From Gemmatimonadales bacterium (lineage in GTDB: Bacteria > Gemmatimonadota > Gemmatimonadetes > Gemmatimonadales > GWC2-71-9), in the NCBI GenBank assembly GCA_050733075.1, contig JBOHSD010000013.1:4443-68442 (forward strand): 64,000 bases of DNA. Reading direction: 5' to 3'. The position numbers and the translations under genes were made by a program. Below are positions 46,420-56,557 of the stretch, one piece after another. How positions within the stretch are numbered: the stretch's first letter is position 1; every line of letters begins with the position of its first letter. Under the pieces are notes generated by a model. That model did not search any database and was not told the origin of the DNA. It saw only the letters and a list, made by a program, of their open reading frames with translations.

Positions 46420-47235
46420 CTAGAGCGGCTTGCGGGCACGGACGAAGGCGCCCATCACCCGGCCGCTCACCTCCCGGGCCAGCACCTCGGCATTCAGGCC
46501 GGTACCCGAGAGAAAGGCCTTTGCATCCTCGAGCTGGTACACCCGGGTCGGCTCGATCCCCACGTCCTCGAAGCCTGCCTCATGAAGCCGCTCCTCATAC
46601 TGCTCCTCGGTGAGCGCCCCGGCGACGCAACCCACCCAAAGCTCCATGCTCCGGCGAACGTCCGGCGGCACTTCGCCCCGGATCACTACGTCGGATACCG
46701 CAAACCTGCCACCTGGCTTCAGAACCCGAAAGGCCTCGGAAAGCGCCCGCTGCTTGTCGGTGGAAAGGTTGATGACACAGTTGGAGATGATCACGTCCAC
46801 CGAGTCGTCGGGAAGGGGGATGGCCTCGATCTCACCCTTCAGGAACTCCACGTTGGTCACGCCTGCCTTCGTCTGGTTCTCGCGGGCCAGGGAGAGCATG
46901 TCGTCGGTCATATCCAACCCATAGGCCTTGCCGGTCGGCCCCACCCTGCGGGCCGAGAGGAGGACGTCGATCCCGCCGCCGGAGCCCAGATCCAGGACCA
47001 CCTCGCCCTGGTGCAGCTCGGTGAGTGCAGTCGGATTGCCGCAGCCCAGCGATGCGAGCACCGCCCCCTCGGGCAGGCCGGCCGTCTCGGCTTCACTGTA
47101 GAGGTTGGAGGTGATGGGGTCATCGCCACCACAACAGGTGGTGGAGCAACACGAGGCGCCGGTCCCGGCGCTGGCCCGGCGGGCCGCCTCACCATACTTC
47201 ACGCGGACCGTCTCCTTCACTTGCTCGGTACTCAT
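46420..47235 (-). CDS. arsM: Arsenite S-adenosylmethionine methyltransferase
   Basis: Track ORF 46420..47247. The ATG at 47235 has GGAGG 5 nt upstream. Cys pairs ([14 protein letters not shown]), SAM motif [11 protein letters not shown] and later WVGCVAGA. Confidence 0.8.
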   Translation of the reverse strand: MSTEQVKETVRVKYGEAARRASAGTGASCCSTTCCGGDDPITSNLYSEAETAGLPEGAVLASLGCGNPTALTELHQGEVVLDLGSGGGIDVLLSARRVGPTGKAYGLDMTDDMLSLARENQTKAGVTNVEFLKGEIEAIPLPDDSVDVIISNCVINLSTDKQRALSEAFRVLKPGGRFAVSDVVIRGEVPPDVRRSMELWVGCVAGALTEEQYEERLHEAGFEDVGIEPTRVYQLEDAKAFLSGTGLNAEVLAREVSGRVMGAFVRARKPL

Positions 47236-47283
47236 TCTGACCTCCAATCAATAATTGTTGATGGTTGAGAGAAAAAAAGCCGC

Positions 47284-47607
47284 TCAGCAGCAGCCACTCC
47301 GGCGCTCCGCGGCAGAGGGCTCGGCCGCAAGCGCCTCTATCAACTCGCGAGCCTGGTCCAGACTATCCGGGTTCAAGGTGTAGTACATCCAGCGACCTTC
47401 TCGACGGTCAGTGACCAACCCGGCGTCCTTGAGTACCTTGAGGTGGAAAGAAAGGCGCGACTGAGCTGCGTCGAGCGCGTCGGTCATGTCGCAGACGCAG
47501 CGCTCGCCAAAGCGGAGCCGCTCCAGGATGGAGAGCCGCGTAGGATCGGATAGCGCGTGAAACAGCTCGGTAGCGCGGCCGGTGTCGGGGCGTGAACGGG
47601 TAGCCAT
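47284..47607 (-). CDS. arsR: ArsR/SmtB-family metalloregulator
   Basis: Track ORF. ELCVCDL-type metal site (ERCVCDM). wHTH (QSRLSFHLKVLKDAGLV). Confidence 0.85.
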   Translation of the reverse strand: MATRSRPDTGRATELFHALSDPTRLSILERLRFGERCVCDMTDALDAAQSRLSFHLKVLKDAGLVTDRREGRWMYYTLNPDSLDQARELIEALAAEPSAAERRSGCC

Positions 47608-47618
47608 GGAGCTAATGT

Positions 47619-47634
47619 ATCAAGAATACTTGAT
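47619..47634. promoter_or_regulatory. Perfect 6-4-6 palindrome ATCAAG-AATA-CTTGAT, candidate ArsR operator
   Basis: Lies 12 nt upstream of the arsR start codon, in the arsR/doxX divergent intergenic region. Confidence 0.4.
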
Positions 47635-47828
47635 CTGTCAAGGTGACCCCAGTCACATCAGTACCCCGATCCGGCTCCCCATCCTACGCCCCACCGGAAA
47701 CCGGCTCGCAAGCGCGGAGAAAATTCGGCAGGGAACCGGGCGACCTCCAGGTGTGTTCTCCTTGCCATTGCTGCTCTAGAGCGCGTAGCAGCGTTCAACT
47801 CGAACCCGACGACTCCGGAGACGACACC

Positions 47829-48266
47829 ATGACGATTGCCTCCACCCCCACAACTCCAGTCCCCCAACTGTCCGCCGCCCTTGCCATCCTCCGAGTCGTA
47901 GTTGGTGCCATCTTCATCGCTCACGGGGCCCAGAAGCTCTTCATTTTCGGACTAGCCGGGGTCACCGGCGCTTTCGCCCAGATGGGAGTGCCGTTACCGG
48001 GCATCACCGGCCCGCTGGTGGCCTTCCTGGAGTTCTTCGGCGGTATCGCCCTCGTACTGGGACTGTTTACCCGTCCCATGGCGCTGCTCTTTGCCATCGA
48101 GATGGTGGGGGCAATTCTGCTGGTGCATCTGAAGAACGGATTCTTCCTGCCGGACGGCTTCGAGTTCGCTCTGGCGCTCCTCGGCGGCTCTCTGGCGCTG
48201 GCGCTGGTCGGCGGGGGCGAATTCTCGGTTGACCGGGCCATGGCCGGCAGGAAAGGCAGGGTCTGA
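47829..48266 (+). CDS. DoxX-family membrane protein
   Basis: 3' part of track ORF 47643..48266, ATG at 47829. [17 protein letters not shown] and four TM segments. Confidence 0.8.
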   Translation: MTIASTPTTPVPQLSAALAILRVVVGAIFIAHGAQKLFIFGLAGVTGAFAQMGVPLPGITGPLVAFLEFFGGIALVLGLFTRPMALLFAIEMVGAILLVHLKNGFFLPDGFEFALALLGGSLALALVGGGEFSVDRAMAGRKGRV

Positions 48267-48273
48267 GAACACG

Positions 48274-49248
48274 ATGGCCATGGATAACACCATCACCGGC
48301 CTGCATCACATCACCGTGATCGCGGGAGACCCGCAGGAGAACCTCGACTTCTACGTCGGAGTTCTCGGCATGAGGCTGGTAAAGAAGACGGTCAATCAGG
48401 ATATGCCCGGGACCTATCATCTCTTCTACGCCGACGGCGTAGCCCATGCCGGAACCGATCTCACGTTCTTTCCCTGGCCCGATATGGGGCCGGGACGCAG
48501 GGGCGTGGGCTTGACGGTCGAAGTGTCACTGGCGGTTCCGAGCGGAAGTCTGGGCTACTGGACCGATCGGCTGCGGCAGCACGGGGTCGGCGTCGGTGAG
48601 CCGACTCAGCGGTTCGGAGAGCGGCTACTCACGTTCACCGATCCGCACGGCCTGGCGGTCGCGCTGGTCGAAACCAGCAAGGAGCGCGAGTTCACCCCCT
48701 GGACCAGGAGTCCAGTCCCCGAGCCACATCAGGTGCGCGGTCTCCACGGAGTGAGGCTGTTGGAGCGGAACGTGGGTCCGACGGTGGAGCTCCTGGTGAA
48801 CACGCTGGGCTTCGAGGAGATCGGCTACGAAGACGGCTGGCTGCGTTACGGTCTCGAGGGTGGCGGCACCGGCCGGGTGCTCGACGTGAACGAGATGCCG
48901 GACGTGGCGCCCGGCACCTGGGGGACCGGGAGCGTTCACCACATCGCCTGGCGGGTTCCCGACGATACGACCCAGGTGCTGGTACAGCGTCGATTGTCAC
49001 GTGGCGGACGGCAACCGACTCCGGTGATAGACCGCTTCTGGTTCCGCTCGGTGTACTTCAGAGAACCGGGCGGCGCCCTCTTTGAGGTTGCAACCGACGG
49101 GCCCGGATTTGCCGTGGACGAATCGCCGGAGGAGCTGGGAGGCAGCCTGGTACTGCCGCCCTGGCTCGAGCCCGAGCGGAGAGCAATCGAGGCGGAGCTC
49201 CCCGCGCTGCGAAACCCCGAGCCTGCCGCCATCGATCCAGCGCTTTGA
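48274..49248 (+). CDS. VOC-superfamily ring-cleaving dioxygenase (two glyoxalase-fold modules, MhqO/MhqE-like)
   Basis: Track ORF 48229..49248, ATG at 48274. GLHHITVIAGDPQENLDFYVGVLGMRLVKKTVN and HHIAWRV. Confidence 0.8.
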   Translation: MAMDNTITGLHHITVIAGDPQENLDFYVGVLGMRLVKKTVNQDMPGTYHLFYADGVAHAGTDLTFFPWPDMGPGRRGVGLTVEVSLAVPSGSLGYWTDRLRQHGVGVGEPTQRFGERLLTFTDPHGLAVALVETSKEREFTPWTRSPVPEPHQVRGLHGVRLLERNVGPTVELLVNTLGFEEIGYEDGWLRYGLEGGGTGRVLDVNEMPDVAPGTWGTGSVHHIAWRVPDDTTQVLVQRRLSRGGRQPTPVIDRFWFRSVYFREPGGALFEVATDGPGFAVDESPEELGGSLVLPPWLEPERRAIEAELPALRNPEPAAIDPAL

Positions 49249-49886
49249 GGGGCCCTCATCAGGGGCAGCCGGTCCGTACTGCTGGCGTGCCGCTCGACCA
49301 GGCTAGGGCCGCCATGGTACTGCTCCACGGACGCGGCGCTACGGCGGAGAGCATTCTGACGCTCGCCCCGGCGCTGGACGTTGCCGGCTTCGCGTACCTG
49401 GCACCGCAGGCGAGTGGCCACACGTGGTATCCCCAGAGCTTTCTCGCTCCGATCCCCCACAACGAGCCGGGCATCTCGTCCGGGATACAGGCCATCGCGG
49501 ATGTGCTCTCGACCGTGACGGCCGGCGGGCTGCCGCTCGAGCGCACCATCTTGCTGGGCTTCTCGCAGGGGGCCTGCCTGGCCCTGGAGTTCGCTGCCCG
49601 GCACGCGCGGCGGTATGGCGGCGTCGCCGGCCTGAGCGGAGGTCTGATCGGCCCCGATGGCACATCGCGCAATTATGCGGGGTCGCTCGAGGAAACCCCC
49701 GTGTTCCTTGGTTGCAGCGACACCGATCCGCACATTCCGGCCGAGCGGGTGCGACACTCCGCCGACGTGCTGCGGGAGCTGGGGAGTGATGTGACGATGC
49801 GGCTCTATCCCGGCATGGGACACCTGGTCAACGATGATGAGATCGCCCAGGTGCGGGGCATGATGAGGCCGCTGGCCAGTCAGTAG
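49245..49886 (+). CDS. Alpha/beta hydrolase, phospholipase/carboxylesterase family (MhqD-like)
   Basis: Track ORF (TTG start, uncertain). LLHGRGA, GFSQGA nucleophile elbow and a C-terminal H in GMGH. Confidence 0.75.
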   Translation: MRGPHQGQPVRTAGVPLDQARAAMVLLHGRGATAESILTLAPALDVAGFAYLAPQASGHTWYPQSFLAPIPHNEPGISSGIQAIADVLSTVTAGGLPLERTILLGFSQGACLALEFAARHARRYGGVAGLSGGLIGPDGTSRNYAGSLEETPVFLGCSDTDPHIPAERVRHSADVLRELGSDVTMRLYPGMGHLVNDDEIAQVRGMMRPLASQ

Positions 49887-49899
49887 CCCGCTCGCGGAC

Positions 49900-51069
49900 T
49901 CATTGCGGCCGGACCCGCAGCACCCGTCCATTAGCTTCATCGGTCACCAGGTAGATCAACCCATCCGGGCCCTGCTGCACGTCCCGGATCCGCTCTCCCA
50001 GATTGCCCAGGTAGCGCTCTTCCCCTGTGACCTTCCCGTCCTTCATCTCCAACCGCACCAGCCGCCCGGGCTGAAGGGAGCCGATGAGGACGCTTCCCTT
50101 CCAACCGGGATAGGCATCACCGGTGTGGAAGGTCATGCCTGAAGGTGCGATTACCGGATCCCAGTAGTACACCGGCTGCTCCATCCCGGGCTTCGCCGTG
50201 CCTTCGCCGATCTTGGCGCCGGAATAGTCTACGCCGTAGGTGATGATGGGCCAGCCGTAGTTCTTGCCCGCCTCGGGGCGGTTCAGCTCGTCACCACCCC
50301 TGGCGCCATGCTCCACCGTCCACAGTCTTCCGGTCTCCGGGTGGAGAGCCGCGGCCTGGACGTTCCGGTGGCCGTAGGACCAGATCTCCGGCTGGGCGCC
50401 GCTCTTCCCGACGAACGGGTTGTCCTTGGGCACCGAGCCGTCCGGGTTGATCCGCACGATCTTGCCGATGCCTTCCGAAAGGTCCTGGGCCCGTTCCCGG
50501 TGGCTCATCCGGTCGCCCTGAGTCACGAACAGAGTACCGTCCTGGCCAAACACCAGGCGAGAGCCGTAATGGCCCCCGCCCTCTACCTTCGGGCGCTGGC
50601 GGTAGATAACCTGCACGTCATCCAGGCCGGCATCACCCAGCCGGCCGCGAGCCACGGCCGTGCCTGCCTTGCCATCCTCTCCCGGCTCCGCGTACGACAG
50701 ATAGACCAGCCGGTTGTCGGTAAAGCGGGGGTCGAGCGCCACGTCGAGGAGCCCGCCCTGGCCCTGGGCGTGGACCTTGGGCACCCCATTCAGCGGCCGG
50801 GAGACGCGGCCGTCCCGCTCCACCAGGCGGAGCCGTCCCGGGCGCTCGGTGACGAGGATGCGACCATCGGGAAGGAACGCCAGTCCCCAGGGATGCTCCA
50901 GCCCCTTCGCAACCGTTTCGGCTCGAACCACCCCGCTCACCGACTCCGGTGTGGGTGAGCGTGGCGCGGGGCCCTCTCTCGTGGCCTGGGCCTGGCACCG
51001 CGTCACCAGAGGCGCGACAGATATCATGCACACCATGAGCGCCACTCTACCAATCGGACCTGACATCAC
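49900..51069 (-). CDS. PQQ-dependent soluble sugar dehydrogenase (YliI/sorbosone dehydrogenase-like beta-propeller)
   Basis: Track ORF with a signal peptide. [26 protein letters not shown] and NYGWP motifs. Confidence 0.85.
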   Translation of the reverse strand: MMSGPIGRVALMVCMISVAPLVTRCQAQATREGPAPRSPTPESVSGVVRAETVAKGLEHPWGLAFLPDGRILVTERPGRLRLVERDGRVSRPLNGVPKVHAQGQGGLLDVALDPRFTDNRLVYLSYAEPGEDGKAGTAVARGRLGDAGLDDVQVIYRQRPKVEGGGHYGSRLVFGQDGTLFVTQGDRMSHRERAQDLSEGIGKIVRINPDGSVPKDNPFVGKSGAQPEIWSYGHRNVQAAALHPETGRLWTVEHGARGGDELNRPEAGKNYGWPIITYGVDYSGAKIGEGTAKPGMEQPVYYWDPVIAPSGMTFHTGDAYPGWKGSVLIGSLQPGRLVRLEMKDGKVTGEERYLGNLGERIRDVQQGPDGLIYLVTDEANGRVLRVRPQ

Positions 51070-51334
51070 AGCCTCCCCTGTCGGTTCAGTCCTGAATGCG
51101 AGAACGGCTACCTGGGTGGGTAGCCGTTTGCTGGCGACCTACAACCTCTGTGCTCGGTCGGCTACGCTCAGGTGCTCGGCTCGCTCAGCTTCTGCTGAAT
51201 CTCTTCGGCACGCTCGAGGTGCTTCTGGAGGAAAGTACCCGGCGCGGCGGAGGACCGGTGTGATGCGGGTCACCCGGGTAGCGACTCTCGGGTAGCACGG
51301 TCAGATTCAAATAGTCTCCAACTCAGGCCGCTGC

Positions 51335-53989
51335 GTGGCTGCCGTTCCAACCCCGTTGGCCGATGCTCTCCGGGGCCGCTATGTAGTCGAGCGCCAGCTC
51401 GGCCGCGGCGGCATGGCAACGGTCTATCTGGCCCGCGACGTCAAGCACGACCGGTACGTTGCGCTCAAGGTTCTGCGCCCCGAGATCGTGGCCGCGCTCG
51501 GGCCCGAGCGCTTCCTCCTGGAAATCCGTCTAGCCGCCCGGCTGCAGCATCCTCACGTTCTCACGGTCTTCGATTCCGGCGAGAGCGACAGCTATCTGTG
51601 GTTCACCATGGCCTACGTGGAGGGCGAAAGCCTCCGGGACCGGCTCGGTCGCGACCGTTCGCTCCCCCCTGCGGTGGCAGTGCGAATTGCAAGCGAGGCC
51701 GGGCAGGCCCTGCAATACGCTCACGAGCACGGCGTGGTGCACCGCGATGTGAAGCCCGAGAACATCCTCCTGACCAGGGACGGCAACACCCTGGTCGCCG
51801 ACTTCGGCATCGCGCGTTCATTGGAAACCACGGGGCCGCACCTCACCGCCACCGGCATGGTGGTAGGCACACCGAGGTACATGAGCCCGGAACAAGCCGC
51901 GGGCGCCGAGCCGGTGGATGCCCGAAGCGATGTGTATTCGCTTGGGTGTGTGCTCTATGAGATGCTCGCGGGCACCCCGCCATTCTCCGGGCCCACGGTT
52001 CAAGCGGTTATCGCAAAGCATCTGACGCAGCCTGCGCCCTTGCTGGTGGGCCGCGCCGGGGTGTCGCCCGCAACGGCCGCCGCCGTCGCCCGGGCGCTGG
52101 CGAAAACGCCCGAGGAGCGATTTGCCAGCGTGGCCGAGTTCGTGGGCGCACTGGGCGCGGAGTCTGCGGACATCAGGGGCTCGCCGCTCTCCCGTTTGCG
52201 ACGGTCACCTGCCAGGGCAGCAGGACTCGCGCTGGCCATGGCCGCGATCCTGGGTGCCCTGGTCATTGTGGGACAATGGCTGGCGGAGGGTCAAACCGGA
52301 GCGCCTGGATCGGTCGCTCCGGGGCGCGAGCGGAAGCTCTCCCAGATAACCGTGGCGAGCGGCGTCGAAGAGTGGCCCGCGTGGTCGCCGGACGGGACCC
52401 GGCTGGTCTACGCTGGAGAGGACGAGGGATTCAAGCAGCTGTTCGTGCGTACGCTCGCCACCGGCGAAGAGCGGCGGCTGACCGACAGCCGGCGCGACGA
52501 TATCCAGCCGGTGTGGTCGCCCGACGGGCGGAGGATCGCATTTGTCCGGGCCAATAACCCACGCGGAAGGCTCGAGCCGAGCGACATCAACGGCTGGTAC
52601 TTCGAGGGCGGCGATATCTGGACCATCGAGCCCGGGTCAGGTATCGAGTCGAAGTTGGTGGACGCCGCCTTCGGGCCCGCCTGGTCACCCGACGGAAGCC
52701 GGCTTGCTTTCGATGCGCGGTGGGCCGGTCCCCGCCGCATCTGGCTGGCGGACGCGAGGGGCCGAAACCCGCGTCAGGTCACCGCCGACTCCAACGAGGC
52801 AGTGGTGCACGCGGGCGCCCGGTGGTCGCCGGATGGATCGCGCCTGGTCTTCCGGCGAATCGAGAAAACCAACTGGGACATCGCCGTGGCCGACCTGGGC
52901 TCGTCCGCGCTGATCCGGCTGACCAACGAGACCGTCCCGGACCTCGACCCCGTCTGGGCGCCCGACGGGAGACACGTCTACTTCACCTCGGCCCGGGGGG
53001 GCGGGCTCAATCTGTGGCGCCTGCCGGTGGCGCCGAGCGGCGCTCCCAGCGGTCCCGCGGAACAGCTCACGACCGGTGCGGGCGACGATGTCCAGCCGGC
53101 TCCGTCGCCTGACGGGCGGCAGATCGCCTTTGCCGTGCTGGGCATCAACACCGACATCTGGCGGTTGCCGGTCTCCCCGGAGACCGGCCGGGCCACCGGG
53201 AAGCCGGAGCCTCTGGTCACGACCACGCGGGTGGAGAGTCGCGGCGCCTGGTCTCCGGACGGTGGCGCCATCGCATTCAACAGCGACCGGAGAGGCGACA
53301 TGAACCTCTGGATCCGGTCGCTGGCGGATGGCGCCGAAAAGCAGCTCACCGAGGGTCCCGGCGGTGATTACCAGCCCAACTGGGCGCCCGACGGCCGCAC
53401 GATCGTCTTCTTCTCCACCCGGGCCGGCAACGCCGACATTTGGGCGGCACGGGTCGGCGACGGAGCGCTGAGCCGCCTAACCGACGATCCCGGCACGGAT
53501 ACCAACCCGTTCTATTCACCCGACGGCAGCCGAATCGCATACATCTCGGATCGCGATGGGCGGAACGAAGTCTGGGTGATGAATGCGGATGGGTCGGGCC
53601 AACGGCGGCTTTACGAGAGTGCGGTGGGCGGCCATTTCCTGCGCTGGACCCGGGATGGGCGCTCGATCGTGTTCCGGGCCGAAAGCGGGGTACACATAGA
53701 GGTGCTGTCGGTTCCGCTGAGAGGCGGCCCGGCTATCCGGCTACCCGAGATCCACAGCGGCGCTCACCTGTCGTTTTCTCCCGCCGGGTCGCTGGCGCTG
53801 GACGTGCGGGGCCACAAGTCTCTTTGGGTTCACCCGGTGGATGGTGGCCCGCCGTACCAGGTCTTCGAGTTCTCCGATCCGGACGTGCGTATCGACTACC
53901 CCGTCTGGTCACCCGGCGGGCACTGGGTGGTGTTCGACCGGGCCGTTCCCCGGAGTGGAGACGTGTGGATGCTGGAGGGGGCGGAATAG
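51335..53989 (+). CDS. Ser/Thr protein kinase - TM - TolB-like beta-propeller repeats
   Basis: Track ORF (GTG start). Kinase motifs GRGGMATVYLA, HRDVKPEN and DFG. Ten or more W(S/A)PDG..(I/L)(A/V)F propeller-blade motifs. Confidence 0.85.
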   Translation: MAAVPTPLADALRGRYVVERQLGRGGMATVYLARDVKHDRYVALKVLRPEIVAALGPERFLLEIRLAARLQHPHVLTVFDSGESDSYLWFTMAYVEGESLRDRLGRDRSLPPAVAVRIASEAGQALQYAHEHGVVHRDVKPENILLTRDGNTLVADFGIARSLETTGPHLTATGMVVGTPRYMSPEQAAGAEPVDARSDVYSLGCVLYEMLAGTPPFSGPTVQAVIAKHLTQPAPLLVGRAGVSPATAAAVARALAKTPEERFASVAEFVGALGAESADIRGSPLSRLRRSPARAAGLALAMAAILGALVIVGQWLAEGQTGAPGSVAPGRERKLSQITVASGVEEWPAWSPDGTRLVYAGEDEGFKQLFVRTLATGEERRLTDSRRDDIQPVWSPDGRRIAFVRANNPRGRLEPSDINGWYFEGGDIWTIEPGSGIESKLVDAAFGPAWSPDGSRLAFDARWAGPRRIWLADARGRNPRQVTADSNEAVVHAGARWSPDGSRLVFRRIEKTNWDIAVADLGSSALIRLTNETVPDLDPVWAPDGRHVYFTSARGGGLNLWRLPVAPSGAPSGPAEQLTTGAGDDVQPAPSPDGRQIAFAVLGINTDIWRLPVSPETGRATGKPEPLVTTTRVESRGAWSPDGGAIAFNSDRRGDMNLWIRSLADGAEKQLTEGPGGDYQPNWAPDGRTIVFFSTRAGNADIWAARVGDGALSRLTDDPGTDTNPFYSPDGSRIAYISDRDGRNEVWVMNADGSGQRRLYESAVGGHFLRWTRDGRSIVFRAESGVHIEVLSVPLRGGPAIRLPEIHSGAHLSFSPAGSLALDVRGHKSLWVHPVDGGPPYQVFEFSDPDVRIDYPVWSPGGHWVVFDRAVPRSGDVWMLEGAE

Positions 53990-54006
53990 CCGAACGGCCG
54001 GCGGGC

Positions 54007-54744
54007 TCAGCCGATCCCGGAATTACGGCCCAGGAGCATGTAGCCGCCCAGGCCCAGCAGGAGGAGAGCGATCAACCGGCGGAACATCGCCTCAGTCAGC
54101 CGTCCAAGGACATGCCTCCCCAGGAAGGTGCCTACCATCACGGCTGCAGTTGCGATGAGAACCTGGGGCAACAGGCCGGCAATCTCCTCGCCCTGCGTTA
54201 GCAGGTAGACCGGCAGCCGGGCTGCGTCCACCAACAGGGCGATCAGCGTCGCGGTCGCCACGAACGACTCCTTGGGAACGTGGTAGCCCAGCATCGCCGC
54301 CGTGCGGATGCCACCCTGGTTTCCTACCAGCCCGCCGAGGACGCCCGAGAGTGCCCCAGCTACCCATGCGGCGGACCGGCTCCACCGCACCTTCTGCATC
54401 CACCCGGTCAGCTCGGTGGTGCCGGCCAGGACCAGGAGCGTCCCGAAGACAACCTGGAGGGCTCGGCCCGACGCGCGGGCCTGGAGCAACGCTCCGGCCA
54501 GCCCCCCTATCGCGCTGGTGATGCCGAAGGTCCGGGCGACTCGCCAGTCTACGTGGCGGCGCAGAAGCCAGAACCGCTGGGCGGTGCCCACGGCGTGGGG
54601 GATGGCGATCGCGGCCACCGCGAGCTTGGTGCCGATCTGTAGGGCCAGAACCGGGGTCAACAGGCTCCCGATTCCGAAGCCGCTGACGGCGGCGACGCTG
54701 CCGGCAAGCACGCCGGCGCCGGCGAGGAGCAGGTAGTAGAGCAA
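54007..54744 (-). CDS. TauE/SafE-family anion exporter (sulfite exporter family)
   Basis: Track ORF. About eight TM segments. G-rich motifs typical of the family. Confidence 0.75.
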   Translation of the reverse strand: MLYYLLLAGAGVLAGSVAAVSGFGIGSLLTPVLALQIGTKLAVAAIAIPHAVGTAQRFWLLRRHVDWRVARTFGITSAIGGLAGALLQARASGRALQVVFGTLLVLAGTTELTGWMQKVRWSRSAAWVAGALSGVLGGLVGNQGGIRTAAMLGYHVPKESFVATATLIALLVDAARLPVYLLTQGEEIAGLLPQVLIATAAVMVGTFLGRHVLGRLTEAMFRRLIALLLLGLGGYMLLGRNSGIG

Positions 54745-54779
54745 CGCTCTCGATCTCTACGGCGGACGAGGCTTCGACC

Positions 54780-56531
54780 TCATCCCCGCATCGCTGCCGC
54801 GACCACTCCGGGGACTCTCGACCAGCTGGCCCGCTCTTCCAGCCGAGTGATCCGCTGCATGAGCGTGTGAGCGGTGCGGTGGCTGGGGAACGTGGCCGGC
54901 TTCGGCACCAGGGTGAGCGGATGCCGCAGCACCGCCTTCTCCACACCCTCGATCATGGGCGTGTTGTGAACCCACCCGTTACCGCTCTGGATGTCAGCGG
55001 GGGTCGAGCCCGGGTGGGCGCCCCAGGCCGGAGAACCGAATACGAAGATGAAGCCGCTCCAGCTGTTCACCGTTACGGCACCGTAGCGCAGCCGGATTAT
55101 CGCCCGCTCCAGGGCGGCGGCGATCCGGGGATCTTTCAGACTCTTGGGGTGGACGACTAAATCCGCCGACAGCGTGCCCCACAGCCGGTTGTTGGCAAAG
55201 TCCACCGCCCGATCCAGAAACTCTACCGGGTCGTCGCTTCCGACTTCCGTCTCAGACAAGATCGAGCAGAACGGCTCCTCCGTGAACGCCGGCTCGCCCG
55301 CGTCGGCCGCCTCCAGGCCGGACAGTATAGTCCACGGAAGCTCTCCCTTACCCGGGGCCCCGATCGTGCGCATCATTTCCCGACCATCGGTGAGGCGCTG
55401 CCAGCGCTTTTCCGCCCCCGGATAGTAGGCCTTCCGGGCCGGGACCTCGGCAAGGACACGCTCGATGGCAGACAACAGGGCCGGCCGCTGCTCCCAGCCC
55501 TTCGGCGTAACCAGCATCTTGGCCGCGTTGCACAGGAATGAGGCATTCCAGGTCACGGCGCCGGCGATGGTTTCCGCGCGGAAGATCATTTCCTTTTCGG
55601 TGTAGTGCCCCGGAACCACGAGCACCGGTGAGATGTTGCCCAACTCTGCGGTCACCGGCTTGGTCACCACCGGCTGGTTTCGCGCCTTCCTCGCGTCTCG
55701 CTCCGGCCCCGGCGGTCCCCAGACAATGGCATCGTAGGTCGCGGCAGATCCGGTGAGATGGATCTCGTCGATGCCGGCATGCTGAGCGAGGTAGCCGCCT
55801 TCCTCGGCCCCTCCATAACCCACCGCCAAAAACCCCCTGGCAATGGCCTCGGCGAAGGCATCTTCGATAAATGGCCCGAGATACTGATTGACCGGGTTCA
55901 TCTTGAGGAGGCAGACAGCACCCTCGTTGAACAGCTTCGTGACGACATCCATCGCCGGGATAGCCGCAATGTTGCCGGCGCCGAGCACCAGAACGGTACG
56001 GCCCTGGTGTATCCGGCCTCTATAGAAGCCGGCCCGGGAGGCGTGGAGCTCCTTCTCACTTACTCCCGATTGCAGGTGCATGTCCACCGTGATCCCGGAG
56101 AACAGCACTCCGTCGATCTTGTTGGTCGGAAACACGGAAACCATGAGCCGCCCATCGCTGGTCTGGCCGACGCGGCCGATCGGCGTGTTACCGGTTCGCT
56201 GAATGGCGCGCAGCGATTCAGTGACCAGGCGCAGCTGGCGCACGACCGGCCAGGGGCCGGTGGCCCACTCCTCACCGGCCAGCGGGGTGTCAACCGGAAT
56301 GCCCTTGGCTGCGCACGCGGCCGCTACGCTACGTTGGGCGACCCGCAGGTATCCGGCCTGCATCGAGCGGGCAAGGGCGATGCGGTCCTCCAGCGAGAGC
56401 CGAACGAAGTTGGGTGCCGCTTCCTCGAGACGGGCCACCATCTCATCCAGTTGCCGAAACGTCGTCGGCCGGACCGGCGGCCCCGGTTGAGCGGCGCTTC
56501 GGACGCCGGCCGAGTGGCTCAGGGTAGTCAT
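54780..56531 (-). CDS. Aldehyde dehydrogenase-family protein (long form)
   Basis: Track ORF. Rossmann VLVLGAGNIAAIP, HLTGSAATYD and ELGNISPVLV (catalytic region pattern). Confidence 0.75.
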   Translation of the reverse strand: MTTLSHSAGVRSAAQPGPPVRPTTFRQLDEMVARLEEAAPNFVRLSLEDRIALARSMQAGYLRVAQRSVAAACAAKGIPVDTPLAGEEWATGPWPVVRQLRLVTESLRAIQRTGNTPIGRVGQTSDGRLMVSVFPTNKIDGVLFSGITVDMHLQSGVSEKELHASRAGFYRGRIHQGRTVLVLGAGNIAAIPAMDVVTKLFNEGAVCLLKMNPVNQYLGPFIEDAFAEAIARGFLAVGYGGAEEGGYLAQHAGIDEIHLTGSAATYDAIVWGPPGPERDARKARNQPVVTKPVTAELGNISPVLVVPGHYTEKEMIFRAETIAGAVTWNASFLCNAAKMLVTPKGWEQRPALLSAIERVLAEVPARKAYYPGAEKRWQRLTDGREMMRTIGAPGKGELPWTILSGLEAADAGEPAFTEEPFCSILSETEVGSDDPVEFLDRAVDFANNRLWGTLSADLVVHPKSLKDPRIAAALERAIIRLRYGAVTVNSWSGFIFVFGSPAWGAHPGSTPADIQSGNGWVHNTPMIEGVEKAVLRHPLTLVPKPATFPSHRTAHTLMQRITRLEERASWSRVPGVVAAAMRG

Positions 56532-56557
56532 AGCTGGCTCCTTTCAGGCGACCCGGT

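Noticed and set aside
51103-51128. Perfect 10-bp hairpin AACGGCTACC-TGGGTG-GGTAGCCGTT as a terminator
   Set aside because: No gene ends next to it on either strand, because it lies between two divergent starts. It also lacks a proper U-tract. It is possibly a 5'-UTR structure, but I cannot support a function.
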